Of a stretch of 64,000 nt of DNA, positions 18,968 to 28,031 are shown piece after piece. The stretch is from an uncultured delta proteobacterium. GTDB lineage: Bacteria > Desulfobacterota > Desulfobacteria > Desulfobacterales > B30-G6. The position numbers and the translations under genes are program-made. Where the stretch lies: NCBI GenBank assembly GCA_963823335.1, contig CAWGLD010000006.1, positions 96,001-160,000 of the forward strand. Reading direction: 5' to 3'. Under the pieces are notes generated by a model. The model saw only the letters and a program-made list of their open reading frames with translations, ran no database searches and was not told the DNA's origin. Position 1 is the first letter of the stretch; each line of letters opens with the position of its first letter.

Positions 18968-20116
18968 ATGGACTTTACCCTCTCCAAGGAACATAAGGAT
19001 ATCCAGAAAGCAGCCAGAGAATTTGCCGTGGGTGAATTTACCCATGTGGCACGTGAATTCGATTTGAATGAAACCTTTCCGCAAAAGATCCTGGACAAAG
19101 CCCGTAAGCTGGATCTTATCGGTCTGTTCATCCCGGAGGCATACGGCGGACCGGGTCTGGGTTTCCTGGAGCATGCATTGGTGCTGGAAGAATTCTGGAA
19201 AATTGATCCTGGTATCGGTCAGCAGCTCTGTTCAGTTTCGTTTGGTGCCGAAGAGCTGCTCCTGTTTGGTACAGAAGAACAGAAAAAAACATTTCTCAAT
19301 CCGATTTTCAGCGGCAAGGCCATTATGGGATTTGCCATTACCGAACCGGATGCCGGGAGCGACACGGCCGCTGTTGCAACAACCGCTGTAAGAGACGGTG
19401 ACGACTATATTATCAACGGCAGCAAGATCATGATCGGTAATGGCACGGTGGGAACATTTATGCTGGTATTTTGTCTGACCAATCCGGATGAGAAATCAAA
19501 GACAGCCCGGCACAGCGTTATCATTGTCGAAACCGATCGACAGGGGTATAAAGCCGATAAAATGGACGGCAAGATGGGACTCAGATGTTCTGACACAGCC
19601 GCTGTCTACTTCAACAATGTGCGGGTACCCAAAGAAAATCTGCTGGGTAGGGAAGGCCATGGCTTTATCCAACTGATGCATTTCTTCGATCGCTCCAGAG
19701 CCTACGTGGCCGCCCACGGCCTTGGCTTGGCACAGGGCGCCTTGGATCAGGCCGTCAAACACGTCAGAGGCAGAAAACAGTTCGGGCGCCCTTTGGGTGC
19801 TTTCCAGGCGACCCAGTTCAAGATTGCCGAAATGGCAACCAAGATCGAAGCCGCCAGGAACATGGTCTACAAATCCGCCTGGCTTCTGGACAACGGCATG
19901 GCTGATACCAAACTCACCGCCATGGCCAAACTGTATGCCTGTCATGTGGCTGTGACGGTTGTTGACGAAGCTCTTCAATTGCACGGCGGATACGGGTATT
20001 TCAACGATTATGACATCGAACGATTCTACCGGGCCGCCAAGGTACTCGAAATATATGAAGGCACCAAAGAGGTTGAAAAGATAATTATTTCTCGGGAAAT
20101 TTTGGGGAAATTATAG
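18968..20116 (+). CDS. Acyl-CoA dehydrogenase
   Basis: FAITEPDAGSD, RKQFG, LQLHGGYGY and IYEGT motifs. Confidence 0.94.
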   Translation: MDFTLSKEHKDIQKAAREFAVGEFTHVAREFDLNETFPQKILDKARKLDLIGLFIPEAYGGPGLGFLEHALVLEEFWKIDPGIGQQLCSVSFGAEELLLFGTEEQKKTFLNPIFSGKAIMGFAITEPDAGSDTAAVATTAVRDGDDYIINGSKIMIGNGTVGTFMLVFCLTNPDEKSKTARHSVIIVETDRQGYKADKMDGKMGLRCSDTAAVYFNNVRVPKENLLGREGHGFIQLMHFFDRSRAYVAAHGLGLAQGALDQAVKHVRGRKQFGRPLGAFQATQFKIAEMATKIEAARNMVYKSAWLLDNGMADTKLTAMAKLYACHVAVTVVDEALQLHGGYGYFNDYDIERFYRAAKVLEIYEGTKEVEKIIISREILGKL

Positions 20117-20366
20117 ATCTCCGTAGCTTATGGCGGGGCACGCGTCAATTGAAGGACCTCGCAGCAAGCTGCGAAGATGGATGATTCTATTGTTTATCAC
20201 TTCGTTTTTATCCTGAGTTACAGATAAATTTCTTTAGGGTCGACGGTGTCACGAAAATTGCTCTCAAAAAACATCATTTTCTGATGTTTTTTTTTGATTA
20301 AATCGTCAATTATGGAATTGAAATATATCATAGGTTATATTCATTATTAATATAGTACAGCATGTT

Positions 20367-20392
20367 AGGTTGTCATATACATATGACTACCT
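20367..20392. promoter_or_regulatory. Palindrome AGGTTGTCATAT-AC-ATATGACTACCT upstream of the symporter gene
   Basis: 11/12 inverted match in an AT-rich intergenic region. Confidence 0.45.
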
Positions 20393-20599
20393 GCTAATAT
20401 TGAAAATAGAGTTATGACGCTAACCAGGGCACGTTAACTATAAGCCTGCAAATGTTACTTTCATCAAACACTGGCAAGAACAAGCAAGATAAGACTTGCC
20501 ATCTTACAGATATAAACGTAAACGGGGGTAAAAAAATTGTCTGTTTACCGAAAATATTGATGCGCCACGGCGAAACTTCAGGTTCAAGGATTTATAAGG

Positions 20600-21556
20600 A
20601 TGATAAAGAAATACTGGTTTTTTATAGGTATCGCCTGTGTGATCGGCATCGCCTTTATGCTGCCCCACGTGGGGAGCTTTGTACGGACCTACAAAATTCT
20701 AAACATCGGCATTTTTATAGCCTTCCTGCTGACAGGCCTGTCTTTGGAGACGTCCAGTTTTTTTGAGCAGCTGAAAAATATCAAGGTCCTGCTGGCAGCC
20801 CTTATTTCGTCACTGATCTTTTTTCCGGTGGCGGCCTACTACTTGGGGCAGTACGTCTTCAGCGGCTGGCCGGATTTTGCCCTTGGGACACTGATCATCG
20901 GTGTCGCACCGGTGACGGTTGCCTCTGGAACGGTGATGACGGCCATCGCCCTGGGAAATGTTCCGCTGAGTCTGTTTATCTGTGTTCTGGGGAACTTCTT
21001 TTCCATTGTAACCATTCCCATCATGGTCAACTTGCTGTTGCACATGGGGGATGTGTCCATAGAACTTCCGGCTTTACAAATGCTGATGGGATTGACACTC
21101 AAAGTGCTGGTGCCAATAGTGATCGGCCAGCTTTTAAGGCCACGGTTGAAATCGAAGATACTACCGTTTTCCAAAGCTATTTCAATTTTTAACCAGAGCA
21201 TCGTACTCATGATCATTCTCAATGCAGTGTCGAGTTCGAGCCACCGGATTCTCGAGGCAGGGCCGGCCCTGTTTCTGGTTTTTCTTTTTATGATCGGGCT
21301 GCATATTTTTATTGTCCTTGTCAACAAAACAACTGCTGGGCTTATCGGGCTGGATTTGCCTTCTACCGCAGCCTTCACCATTCACACCTCTCAAAAAACC
21401 TTGACCATTTCATATCTGGTTTGGGCCGGTTATTTTGCCGATGCATACCCAATGGCCCTCATTCCAGGCATCGCCTATCATCTTACCCAGATGATTATGG
21501 ACACTTTTGTGGCGCAATGGTTCAGGAACCGTGTGGAAACATCGGCCGTTGGTTAG
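20600..21556 (+). CDS. Bile acid:sodium symporter (BASS/SBF-like) family transporter
   Basis: Multi-TM protein with PVTVASG..MT...GN, SQKTL and YHLTQM motifs. Confidence 0.85.
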   Translation: MIKKYWFFIGIACVIGIAFMLPHVGSFVRTYKILNIGIFIAFLLTGLSLETSSFFEQLKNIKVLLAALISSLIFFPVAAYYLGQYVFSGWPDFALGTLIIGVAPVTVASGTVMTAIALGNVPLSLFICVLGNFFSIVTIPIMVNLLLHMGDVSIELPALQMLMGLTLKVLVPIVIGQLLRPRLKSKILPFSKAISIFNQSIVLMIILNAVSSSSHRILEAGPALFLVFLFMIGLHIFIVLVNKTTAGLIGLDLPSTAAFTIHTSQKTLTISYLVWAGYFADAYPMALIPGIAYHLTQMIMDTFVAQWFRNRVETSAVG

Positions 21557-21595
21557 ATTTATTCCGGGATCAAGCTTGAATGCCAGGGTGGGTTA

Positions 21596-22591
21596 TTGTC
21601 ACGGATCAGACTATACATGGCCCCTATGAAGGGTCTTACCGATCATCTGTTCAGGAGCGCATTCGCCGATCACTTTGGCGGGTTCGACCTGGCGGTGGCG
21701 CCTTTCATCTCCACCAAACAAGGCCGCCGCATCAAGAGAAATTACGTCAAAGACGTTCTTCCGGAAAACAATACCCGCCTTCGAGTTGTCCCACAGATTC
21801 TAAGTAAAACCGCCGGGGATTTTATCGTTCTGGCCAACTACCTCTTTGATCTTGGGTATGACACCATCAACTGGAACCTGGGCTGCCCCTATCCCATGGT
21901 GGCCAACAAGCAACGTGGCTCCGGCATGTTGCCGTACACGGATCGGATTCAGATTTTTCTTGAAAAGGTCATTCCCGAACTTCGTGGTTCACTTTCCATT
22001 AAGCTGCGGCTGGGGTGGAAAGATACCACCGATATCTTCAGGCTGCTGCCGATAATTGACCAGTACCCGTTATCTGAGATCATGATCCATCCCCGGACCG
22101 GTCTTCAGCGTTACGAAGGCTCTGTCGACCTGGACACCTTTGCAGATTGTCTGGCCATGACCCATCACCCGGTGGTTTACAACGGGGATATTCGAACAGT
22201 GGACATTTTCAGGCGTCTTTACCAGCGCTTCGAAAGCGTGCATGCATGGATGATCGGACGCTGGTGTATAGCCGATCCGTTTCTTGCGGGTCACATCACT
22301 TCGGGTGTCGATGATATTCCGGATAAGATCTATCGAATGCAACAGTTTCACAAGGCCCTGTTTGAGGACTACAGCCACGTCCTGGATGGCCCTTCCCACG
22401 TGATGAATAAGATGAAAGGATTATGGCGCTATTTTTCACTCCCCTTCGAAAACTGCAAAAAGACTATGAAAAATATCACAAAGGCGCGCCGGCCGGATCA
22501 GTACCTGGAGCGGGTTAATGATTTCTTCGAGACGGAAGCACAATTGAGGCAATCGCCATACCATAGCCACGACGGTAGAGAGATAAAATAG
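21596..22591 (+). CDS. dus: tRNA-dihydrouridine synthase family protein
   Basis: APMKG, NLGCP, GSGML, SIKLRLG, IHPRT, YNGDI and MIGR motifs. Confidence 0.9.
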   Translation: MSRIRLYMAPMKGLTDHLFRSAFADHFGGFDLAVAPFISTKQGRRIKRNYVKDVLPENNTRLRVVPQILSKTAGDFIVLANYLFDLGYDTINWNLGCPYPMVANKQRGSGMLPYTDRIQIFLEKVIPELRGSLSIKLRLGWKDTTDIFRLLPIIDQYPLSEIMIHPRTGLQRYEGSVDLDTFADCLAMTHHPVVYNGDIRTVDIFRRLYQRFESVHAWMIGRWCIADPFLAGHITSGVDDIPDKIYRMQQFHKALFEDYSHVLDGPSHVMNKMKGLWRYFSLPFENCKKTMKNITKARRPDQYLERVNDFFETEAQLRQSPYHSHDGREIK

Positions 22592-22598
22592 TGTCCGT

Positions 22599-24179
22599 CT
22601 AGAGTTCGACCAGCTTGATATTCTCCACCAGTGGTAAAGCCTCTATTTCTTTCTGGACCTTCTCTGGAATCGGCGTGTCTGTGGCCAGAAAAATAATATT
22701 GGTGCTTCCTTCAGCGCTTTCTCCCACATTCATGCGACTGATATTGATCCCCCTTTCTCCAAGCAACAGTGTTATGCTGCCGAATGCACCAGGTTTATTT
22801 TTATTGCGGATATATGCGAAATGGCCTTTGGGTTCCATGGTGAGATGGAAGTCGTCGATTTTGACAATGGCGGCTCGTTTCTTGCCGAATATCGTACCCG
22901 ATATATCACAGGTGCCGTCGGTGGTCAGCACCCGAACCGTTATCAGATTGATATACTCATCCGGGTCAGATGTCGTGGTTTCAGAGATCTTGATGCCTCT
23001 TTCCTGTGCAAGTACATTCGCGTTCACGTAATTGACGTCATCTTTGACCATGGGGGTCAGCAGACCCTTCAAAACACTGGTGGTAATCGGCGTAAGCGTC
23101 ATCCCCTGAAAATCACCGGCGTATTCTACTCCCACCTCTTTTACAGCACCTTTGCACAATTGTGGCACCAGACATCCCATACGGTCACCAAGATTCAGAT
23201 AGGGTCCTATCTTGTTTAAAAGCTCACCTGCAACCGATGGCGCATTGACGGCATTTGTAATTGTTCCTGTTTTCAGATAATCAATAATCTGTCTGGCCAC
23301 CGCCACCGCTACATTGGTCTGAGCCTCCTTTGTTGAAGCACCCAGATGAGGGGTACATATAACATTTTCGTTTTCAACCAGCGTACAAGTTCCTGGAGGT
23401 TCGGTTTCAAAGACATCCAGTGCTGCTCCGCCAACTTTTCCCGAAGCAATGGCATCATTGAGAGCCTTTTCATTGACAATTCCACCCCTGGCACAGTTGA
23501 TAATCATGACCCCGTCTTTCATTTGCTCAAAGGCTTTTTTGTCTAGTAAGCCTGTGGTCTCTTTAATTTTTGGGACATGGATGGTGATGTAGTCGGCTCT
23601 TCGATAGAGCTCCTCCAGCGAGACGCTTTCAAAACCGTCTTTCCGAATCTGCTCCGGTGATACAAAGGGATCATATACGATGACCTGCATTTTAAGTCCC
23701 TGTGCCCTGTCTGCGACAATGGAACCGATTTTTCCATATCCCACCACCCCCAGGACCTTGTTAAAAACCTCCCTGCCCTGCAGTAGCTTTTTATCCCATT
23801 TTCCCGCCTTTAAAGAACTGGTTCCTCTGGGAATATTTCTTGTCAGGGCCATCATCATTGAAATGGCGTGCTCTGCCGTTGTGATCACGTTTCCGGTGGG
23901 TGTGTTCATGACAATGATGCCATGTTTCGTGGCGGCGGGAATATCCACATTGTCCAAACCGATACCTGCTCTGCCAACAACTTTGAGTTTCTTGGCCGCG
24001 AGCATTAAATCCGCAGTAACCCTGGTGGCACTTCGAATAACAAGGGCATGGTATTCACCGATGATTTTTCGGAGCTCTTCCGGCGACAAACCCGTCTTCA
24101 CATCTACCGTTATACCTTCTTCTTCCTGGAACATACTGATCCCGATATCACCCAACTGATCACTCACCAGAACTTTCAT
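22599..24179 (-). CDS. serA: D-3-phosphoglycerate dehydrogenase (long form with ASB and ACT domains)
   Basis: GRAGIGLDNVD, GYGKIG, NCARGG and TPHLGASTKEAQ motifs; C-terminal ACT domain (NKPG..G.I). Confidence 0.95.
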   Translation of the reverse strand: MKVLVSDQLGDIGISMFQEEEGITVDVKTGLSPEELRKIIGEYHALVIRSATRVTADLMLAAKKLKVVGRAGIGLDNVDIPAATKHGIIVMNTPTGNVITTAEHAISMMMALTRNIPRGTSSLKAGKWDKKLLQGREVFNKVLGVVGYGKIGSIVADRAQGLKMQVIVYDPFVSPEQIRKDGFESVSLEELYRRADYITIHVPKIKETTGLLDKKAFEQMKDGVMIINCARGGIVNEKALNDAIASGKVGGAALDVFETEPPGTCTLVENENVICTPHLGASTKEAQTNVAVAVARQIIDYLKTGTITNAVNAPSVAGELLNKIGPYLNLGDRMGCLVPQLCKGAVKEVGVEYAGDFQGMTLTPITTSVLKGLLTPMVKDDVNYVNANVLAQERGIKISETTTSDPDEYINLITVRVLTTDGTCDISGTIFGKKRAAIVKIDDFHLTMEPKGHFAYIRNKNKPGAFGSITLLLGERGINISRMNVGESAEGSTNIIFLATDTPIPEKVQKEIEALPLVENIKLVEL

Positions 24180-24272
24180 TTTTATTCCTCCGTTTTTCAG
24201 TGTCTCCGCGATTTGGGTAGTCTTCTATCTTAATTTGTATTGCTTGTAAAGCACCCAAACCTGCTTGCTGCG

Positions 24273-24321
24273 AAAAAGAAAACGCTCCCCGTATGCTATA
24301 TACGATGAGCGTTTTCTTTTT
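24273..24321 (-). terminator. Long hairpin ending in a U-tract, between trpB2 and serA
   Basis: AAAAAGAAAACGCTC...GAGCGTTTTCTTTTT with an inner CGTAT/ATACG stem. Confidence 0.5.
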
Positions 24322-24413
24322 GTTACAGCAATTTAAGAACCTCGCAGCATGCGAAGCATCACCGAACGGCAGAACCTGCGAGGAATGTGATCGCTGTTGT
24401 TCTTCAACCCCTG

Positions 24414-25787
24414 TTAGCGGCTTTTCAAGAGCTCTGGTTTTGGGTGTCCAGTCAGCACTTTTTGAGATTCTGCGATGGCCTCTTCGTCGAGAACAATATC
24501 TTCTAATTGACCGGATAGATACTTTTCATATGCGCCAAGATCGATCAAGCCATGGCCACTCCAGTTAAACAGAATCACCTTTTCTTTGCCCTCTTCCTTG
24601 GCCTTCCTGGCTTCATCCACCACGCATGCCAAGGCATGGTTGGTTTCGGGTGCCGGGATCACGCCTTCCGTACGTGCCAGGAGAATTCCGGCCTTATAGG
24701 TGGCAAGCTGGCCCACAGCTTTGGCTTCCATGATGCCCTCAGATACCAACTGACTGACAGTTGGCGCCATACCGTGATACCTCAACCCGCCTGCATGAAG
24801 TGGTGGGGGAACAAAGGTATGTCCCAGACTGTGCATGGGAAGCAGGGGGGTCATTTTAGCATAATCGCCATGATCATAGGCAAAGGGGGCCCTGGTCAAG
24901 GTGGGACATGCTTCGGGTTCCACCGGGTATATGGCAACGTCTTTGCCGTTGATCTTGTCATGGGCGAATGGAAATGCAAGACCGGCGAAATTGCTCCCGC
25001 CACCTGCGCATCCTATAACAATATCCGGATATTCGTTGACTTTTTCCAATTGTTTCTTGGCCTCGAGCCCGATGATGGTCTGGTGAAGCATCACATGGTT
25101 CAATACGCTTCCTAAAGAATACCGTGTCTCACCGGTTTGATCCGTGACGGCCGCCTCGACAGCTTCACTGATGGCGATTCCAAGACTGCCCGGCGTGTCC
25201 GGGTTCATCTCCAGAACACCTCTTCCGGCTTGCGTTTCCGTGCTGGGACTGGCAATACATTGGGCGCCCCAGGTGGACATCATTGCTTTGCGATACGGTT
25301 TTTGGTCGAAACTGATCCGCACCATGAAAACCTTGCACTCGAGTCCGAACTGGGAACAGGCGAAAGCCAGGGCACTTCCCCACTGACCGGCGCCGGTTTC
25401 GGTGGTCAAGCGCTTGATACCGAACTCTTTATTGTAATAGGCCTGTGCGACTGCCGTATTTGGTTTATGACTGCCCGGAGGACTGACGCCTTCATATTTG
25501 TAGTAGATGCGTGCCGGTGTATCGAGGGCTTTTTCCAATTCATAGGCTCGAATCAAGGGGGATGGACGCCAGATTCTCAGGACTCTCAAAACTTCTTCAG
25601 GAATATCGATCCAGCGTTCCGTGCTGACCTCCTGTTCAATGAGGTTCATTGGGAAAACCGGTGCCAGCATATCCGGCGTTATGGGACCATCTGGTCCCAA
25701 AGGAGGGTTCATTTTGATATCCGCAAGGATATTGTACCACTGCCGCGGCATCTCATCTTCTGATAACAGTATTTTTTTAGTTTCCAT
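24414..25787 (-). CDS. trpB2: Tryptophan synthase beta, TrpB2 type (stand-alone)
   Basis: MPRQWYN N-terminus, GSHKPNTA (PLP Lys), [32 protein letters not shown] and SGHG motifs; no trpA nearby. Confidence 0.95.
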   Translation of the reverse strand: METKKILLSEDEMPRQWYNILADIKMNPPLGPDGPITPDMLAPVFPMNLIEQEVSTERWIDIPEEVLRVLRIWRPSPLIRAYELEKALDTPARIYYKYEGVSPPGSHKPNTAVAQAYYNKEFGIKRLTTETGAGQWGSALAFACSQFGLECKVFMVRISFDQKPYRKAMMSTWGAQCIASPSTETQAGRGVLEMNPDTPGSLGIAISEAVEAAVTDQTGETRYSLGSVLNHVMLHQTIIGLEAKKQLEKVNEYPDIVIGCAGGGSNFAGLAFPFAHDKINGKDVAIYPVEPEACPTLTRAPFAYDHGDYAKMTPLLPMHSLGHTFVPPPLHAGGLRYHGMAPTVSQLVSEGIMEAKAVGQLATYKAGILLARTEGVIPAPETNHALACVVDEARKAKEEGKEKVILFNWSGHGLIDLGAYEKYLSGQLEDIVLDEEAIAESQKVLTGHPKPELLKSR

Positions 25788-25896
25788 TGTCTCCTCCTTC
25801 CTGATAGGTATTTAAATGGTTTGATGGATTGCGCTACAGGGTAAGATTTGGTGTAACACGCTGAAAAAGATTCATTTTTTAACTTGACTTCAAACA

Positions 25897-25911
25897 TGTA
25901 TACAGTATACA
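25897..25911. promoter_or_regulatory. Putative GntR operator TGTATAC-A-GTATACA
   Basis: Same palindrome as 16746-16760, flanked by TTGACT hexamers on both strands (25884 +, 25923 -). Confidence 0.75.
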
Positions 25912-25976
25912 GATTTTAGTCAAGAGAATAATGATACGTATCCAATTTTTTAACATAAATAAAGAAGGAAATCTCC

Positions 25977-27998
25977 ATGAAATCACGCATTGAACTGTAC
26001 CCCACCGCCCACAACCCTCTCTTGATCAAACCGGATCGTGGATTGCCCACCGCCGCTGCCGTTATTGGGGCCGGTACCATTGGTCCCGATATTGGCTATT
26101 TTCTAAAAAGCGCCCTGCCAAATATGCCCCTTACCCTTGTGGATGTCGATGACAAACCCCTAAAGGCGGCAGAAAAACGATTGGCCGCTTATGCGGCAAA
26201 GGCTGTCGAGCGAAGAAAAATGCGACCGGAACAGGCAAAAACCGTTTTGAAAGACATCCGCTACACCACGGATTACCAGCAGCTCAAAAATTGTGATCTG
26301 GTCATCGAAGCGGCAACGGAAAACATACCTTTGAAACAGAAAATCTTTGCTCAAGTTGAAAATATTGTCAGTCAAGACACCATCATTACATCCAACACCA
26401 GCTCCATCCCGGCCGACCGTTTATTCATGAAAATGAAACACCCGGAACGAACCTCGGTCACCCATTTTTTTGCGCCTGCATGGCGGAGTCTTCCCGTGGA
26501 AGTTATCTCATGGCCTGGCGCCTCTCAGAAAACCATTGATTATCTTTTCTGGTTTCTGGCAAAAACCGGCAAAGCACCCATCGTGACGGACAATGCCATC
26601 TGTTTTGTCCTGGATCGTATTTTCGACAACTGGTGCAATGAATCCGCGTTCCTCCTGAGCCAGGCGACGGCCAGTCAAATTGACAGGGTGGCCGAAGAAT
26701 TTGTTTTTGCCGGCCCTTTTTTTGTACTGAACATGGCCAACGGCAATCCCATTATTATTGAAACAAATACTCTGCAGATGGAGGAAGGAGATCATTACAA
26801 ACCAGCACCGATACTTCATTCCGTCGATCGCTGGGCAACCCATCGTCCCGGTAGCGGGCCTGAGATCCCTGAAAATCTTCACACCGCCATTCGAGATCGA
26901 CTGCTGGGCATTCTGTTTTCTCAGTCATTTGATATTATCGACAGGGGCATCGGCACTCTGGCAGATCTCAATTTCGGTTGCCAGATTGCCCTGGGATTTA
27001 AAGAAGGCCCCCTTGATGTTATGAAACGGCTGGGAAAGACCGAAGTACATCGCATTATGACACGTTTTCAAGAAGACCGCCCAGGATTTCCTGAGGCTGC
27101 CCAGCCATTTGAAACCTATCAATCGTTTCATCGATACATTCTGACGGACGACATGGACGGTGTAAAGATTATCACCATCCGTCGTCCCCAGGCAATGAAT
27201 GCCCTCAATGACGATGTAACCGAAGAAATATGCCAGGTGCTGGCATCCAGCGAAAAGGACCCTGCCGTAAAAGGGTTTGTCATTACAGGGTTCGGTAGCA
27301 ACGCTTTCTCAGCGGGTGCCGACATCGGCAAGTTTCCGACCATGCTGGGAGATAAGGATGCATCTATGCAGTATGCCAGGGATTGCGCTAAAGTCCAGTG
27401 CTACATGGATCAAATGAACAAACCCGTGGTCGCAGCCCTCAATGGCTTGGCCATGGGAGGTGGACTGGAGGTCGCCATTCGGTGTCATGGTATTGTTTCG
27501 GTTGAAAAGGCAGTTCTGCAATTTCCGGAAATCACGTTGGGTATTCTGCCCGGTATTGGCGGTTGTGTGGTGCCTTACCGTAAGTGGCCCCAGGGGGCAG
27601 CGCTCTTTCATGAAATGATTCTGTTTGGAAAGCCGGTCCCGGCGACAACAGCCGCTGAGATGGGAATCATCAATGGTCTTGTCAAGGATCCGGCGGATCT
27701 GATAGCTGCGGCTATCAAAGAGGTTCAGCGGCTCCAAAACAACATACCGAGAATCAGTAACGCCGCCGTTGACATCCCTGAGATATCGATTCCGGAATCG
27801 CCTGCTGCCGGCAAACAGCTCCTGAGTAAGGAAGCCGTTTCCATTACCGCTGATACCATTCGAAAGGCATCGGCTGCCGACGATCTCGAAACAGCACTGG
27901 AGATAGGGTATGAGGGTTTCGGCGATATCGCCTGCTCTGCTGCCGCCAAAGAAGGAATATCCGCATTTCTACAAAAACGAAAACCGAACTTCAAATAA
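25977..27998 (+). CDS. 3-hydroxyacyl-CoA dehydrogenase / enoyl-CoA hydratase fusion (IaaP-like)
   Basis: GAGTIG, IEAATE, SNTSS and HFFAP (HAD domain); FSAGADI, GGGLE and PEITLGILPG (crotonase domain). Confidence 0.92.
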   Translation: MKSRIELYPTAHNPLLIKPDRGLPTAAAVIGAGTIGPDIGYFLKSALPNMPLTLVDVDDKPLKAAEKRLAAYAAKAVERRKMRPEQAKTVLKDIRYTTDYQQLKNCDLVIEAATENIPLKQKIFAQVENIVSQDTIITSNTSSIPADRLFMKMKHPERTSVTHFFAPAWRSLPVEVISWPGASQKTIDYLFWFLAKTGKAPIVTDNAICFVLDRIFDNWCNESAFLLSQATASQIDRVAEEFVFAGPFFVLNMANGNPIIIETNTLQMEEGDHYKPAPILHSVDRWATHRPGSGPEIPENLHTAIRDRLLGILFSQSFDIIDRGIGTLADLNFGCQIALGFKEGPLDVMKRLGKTEVHRIMTRFQEDRPGFPEAAQPFETYQSFHRYILTDDMDGVKIITIRRPQAMNALNDDVTEEICQVLASSEKDPAVKGFVITGFGSNAFSAGADIGKFPTMLGDKDASMQYARDCAKVQCYMDQMNKPVVAALNGLAMGGGLEVAIRCHGIVSVEKAVLQFPEITLGILPGIGGCVVPYRKWPQGAALFHEMILFGKPVPATTAAEMGIINGLVKDPADLIAAAIKEVQRLQNNIPRISNAAVDIPEISIPESPAAGKQLLSKEAVSITADTIRKASAADDLETALEIGYEGFGDIACSAAAKEGISAFLQKRKPNFK

Positions 27999-28019
27999 AT
28001 TCGCTACGCGAATTTATTT
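27993..28019. repeat. Short REP-like palindrome AAATAAATTCGC-TAC-GCGAATTTATTT
   Basis: Related copies at 47935-47957, 48976-48998 and 53010-53038. Confidence 0.7.
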
Positions 28020-28031
28020 TCAGGAGGTATA

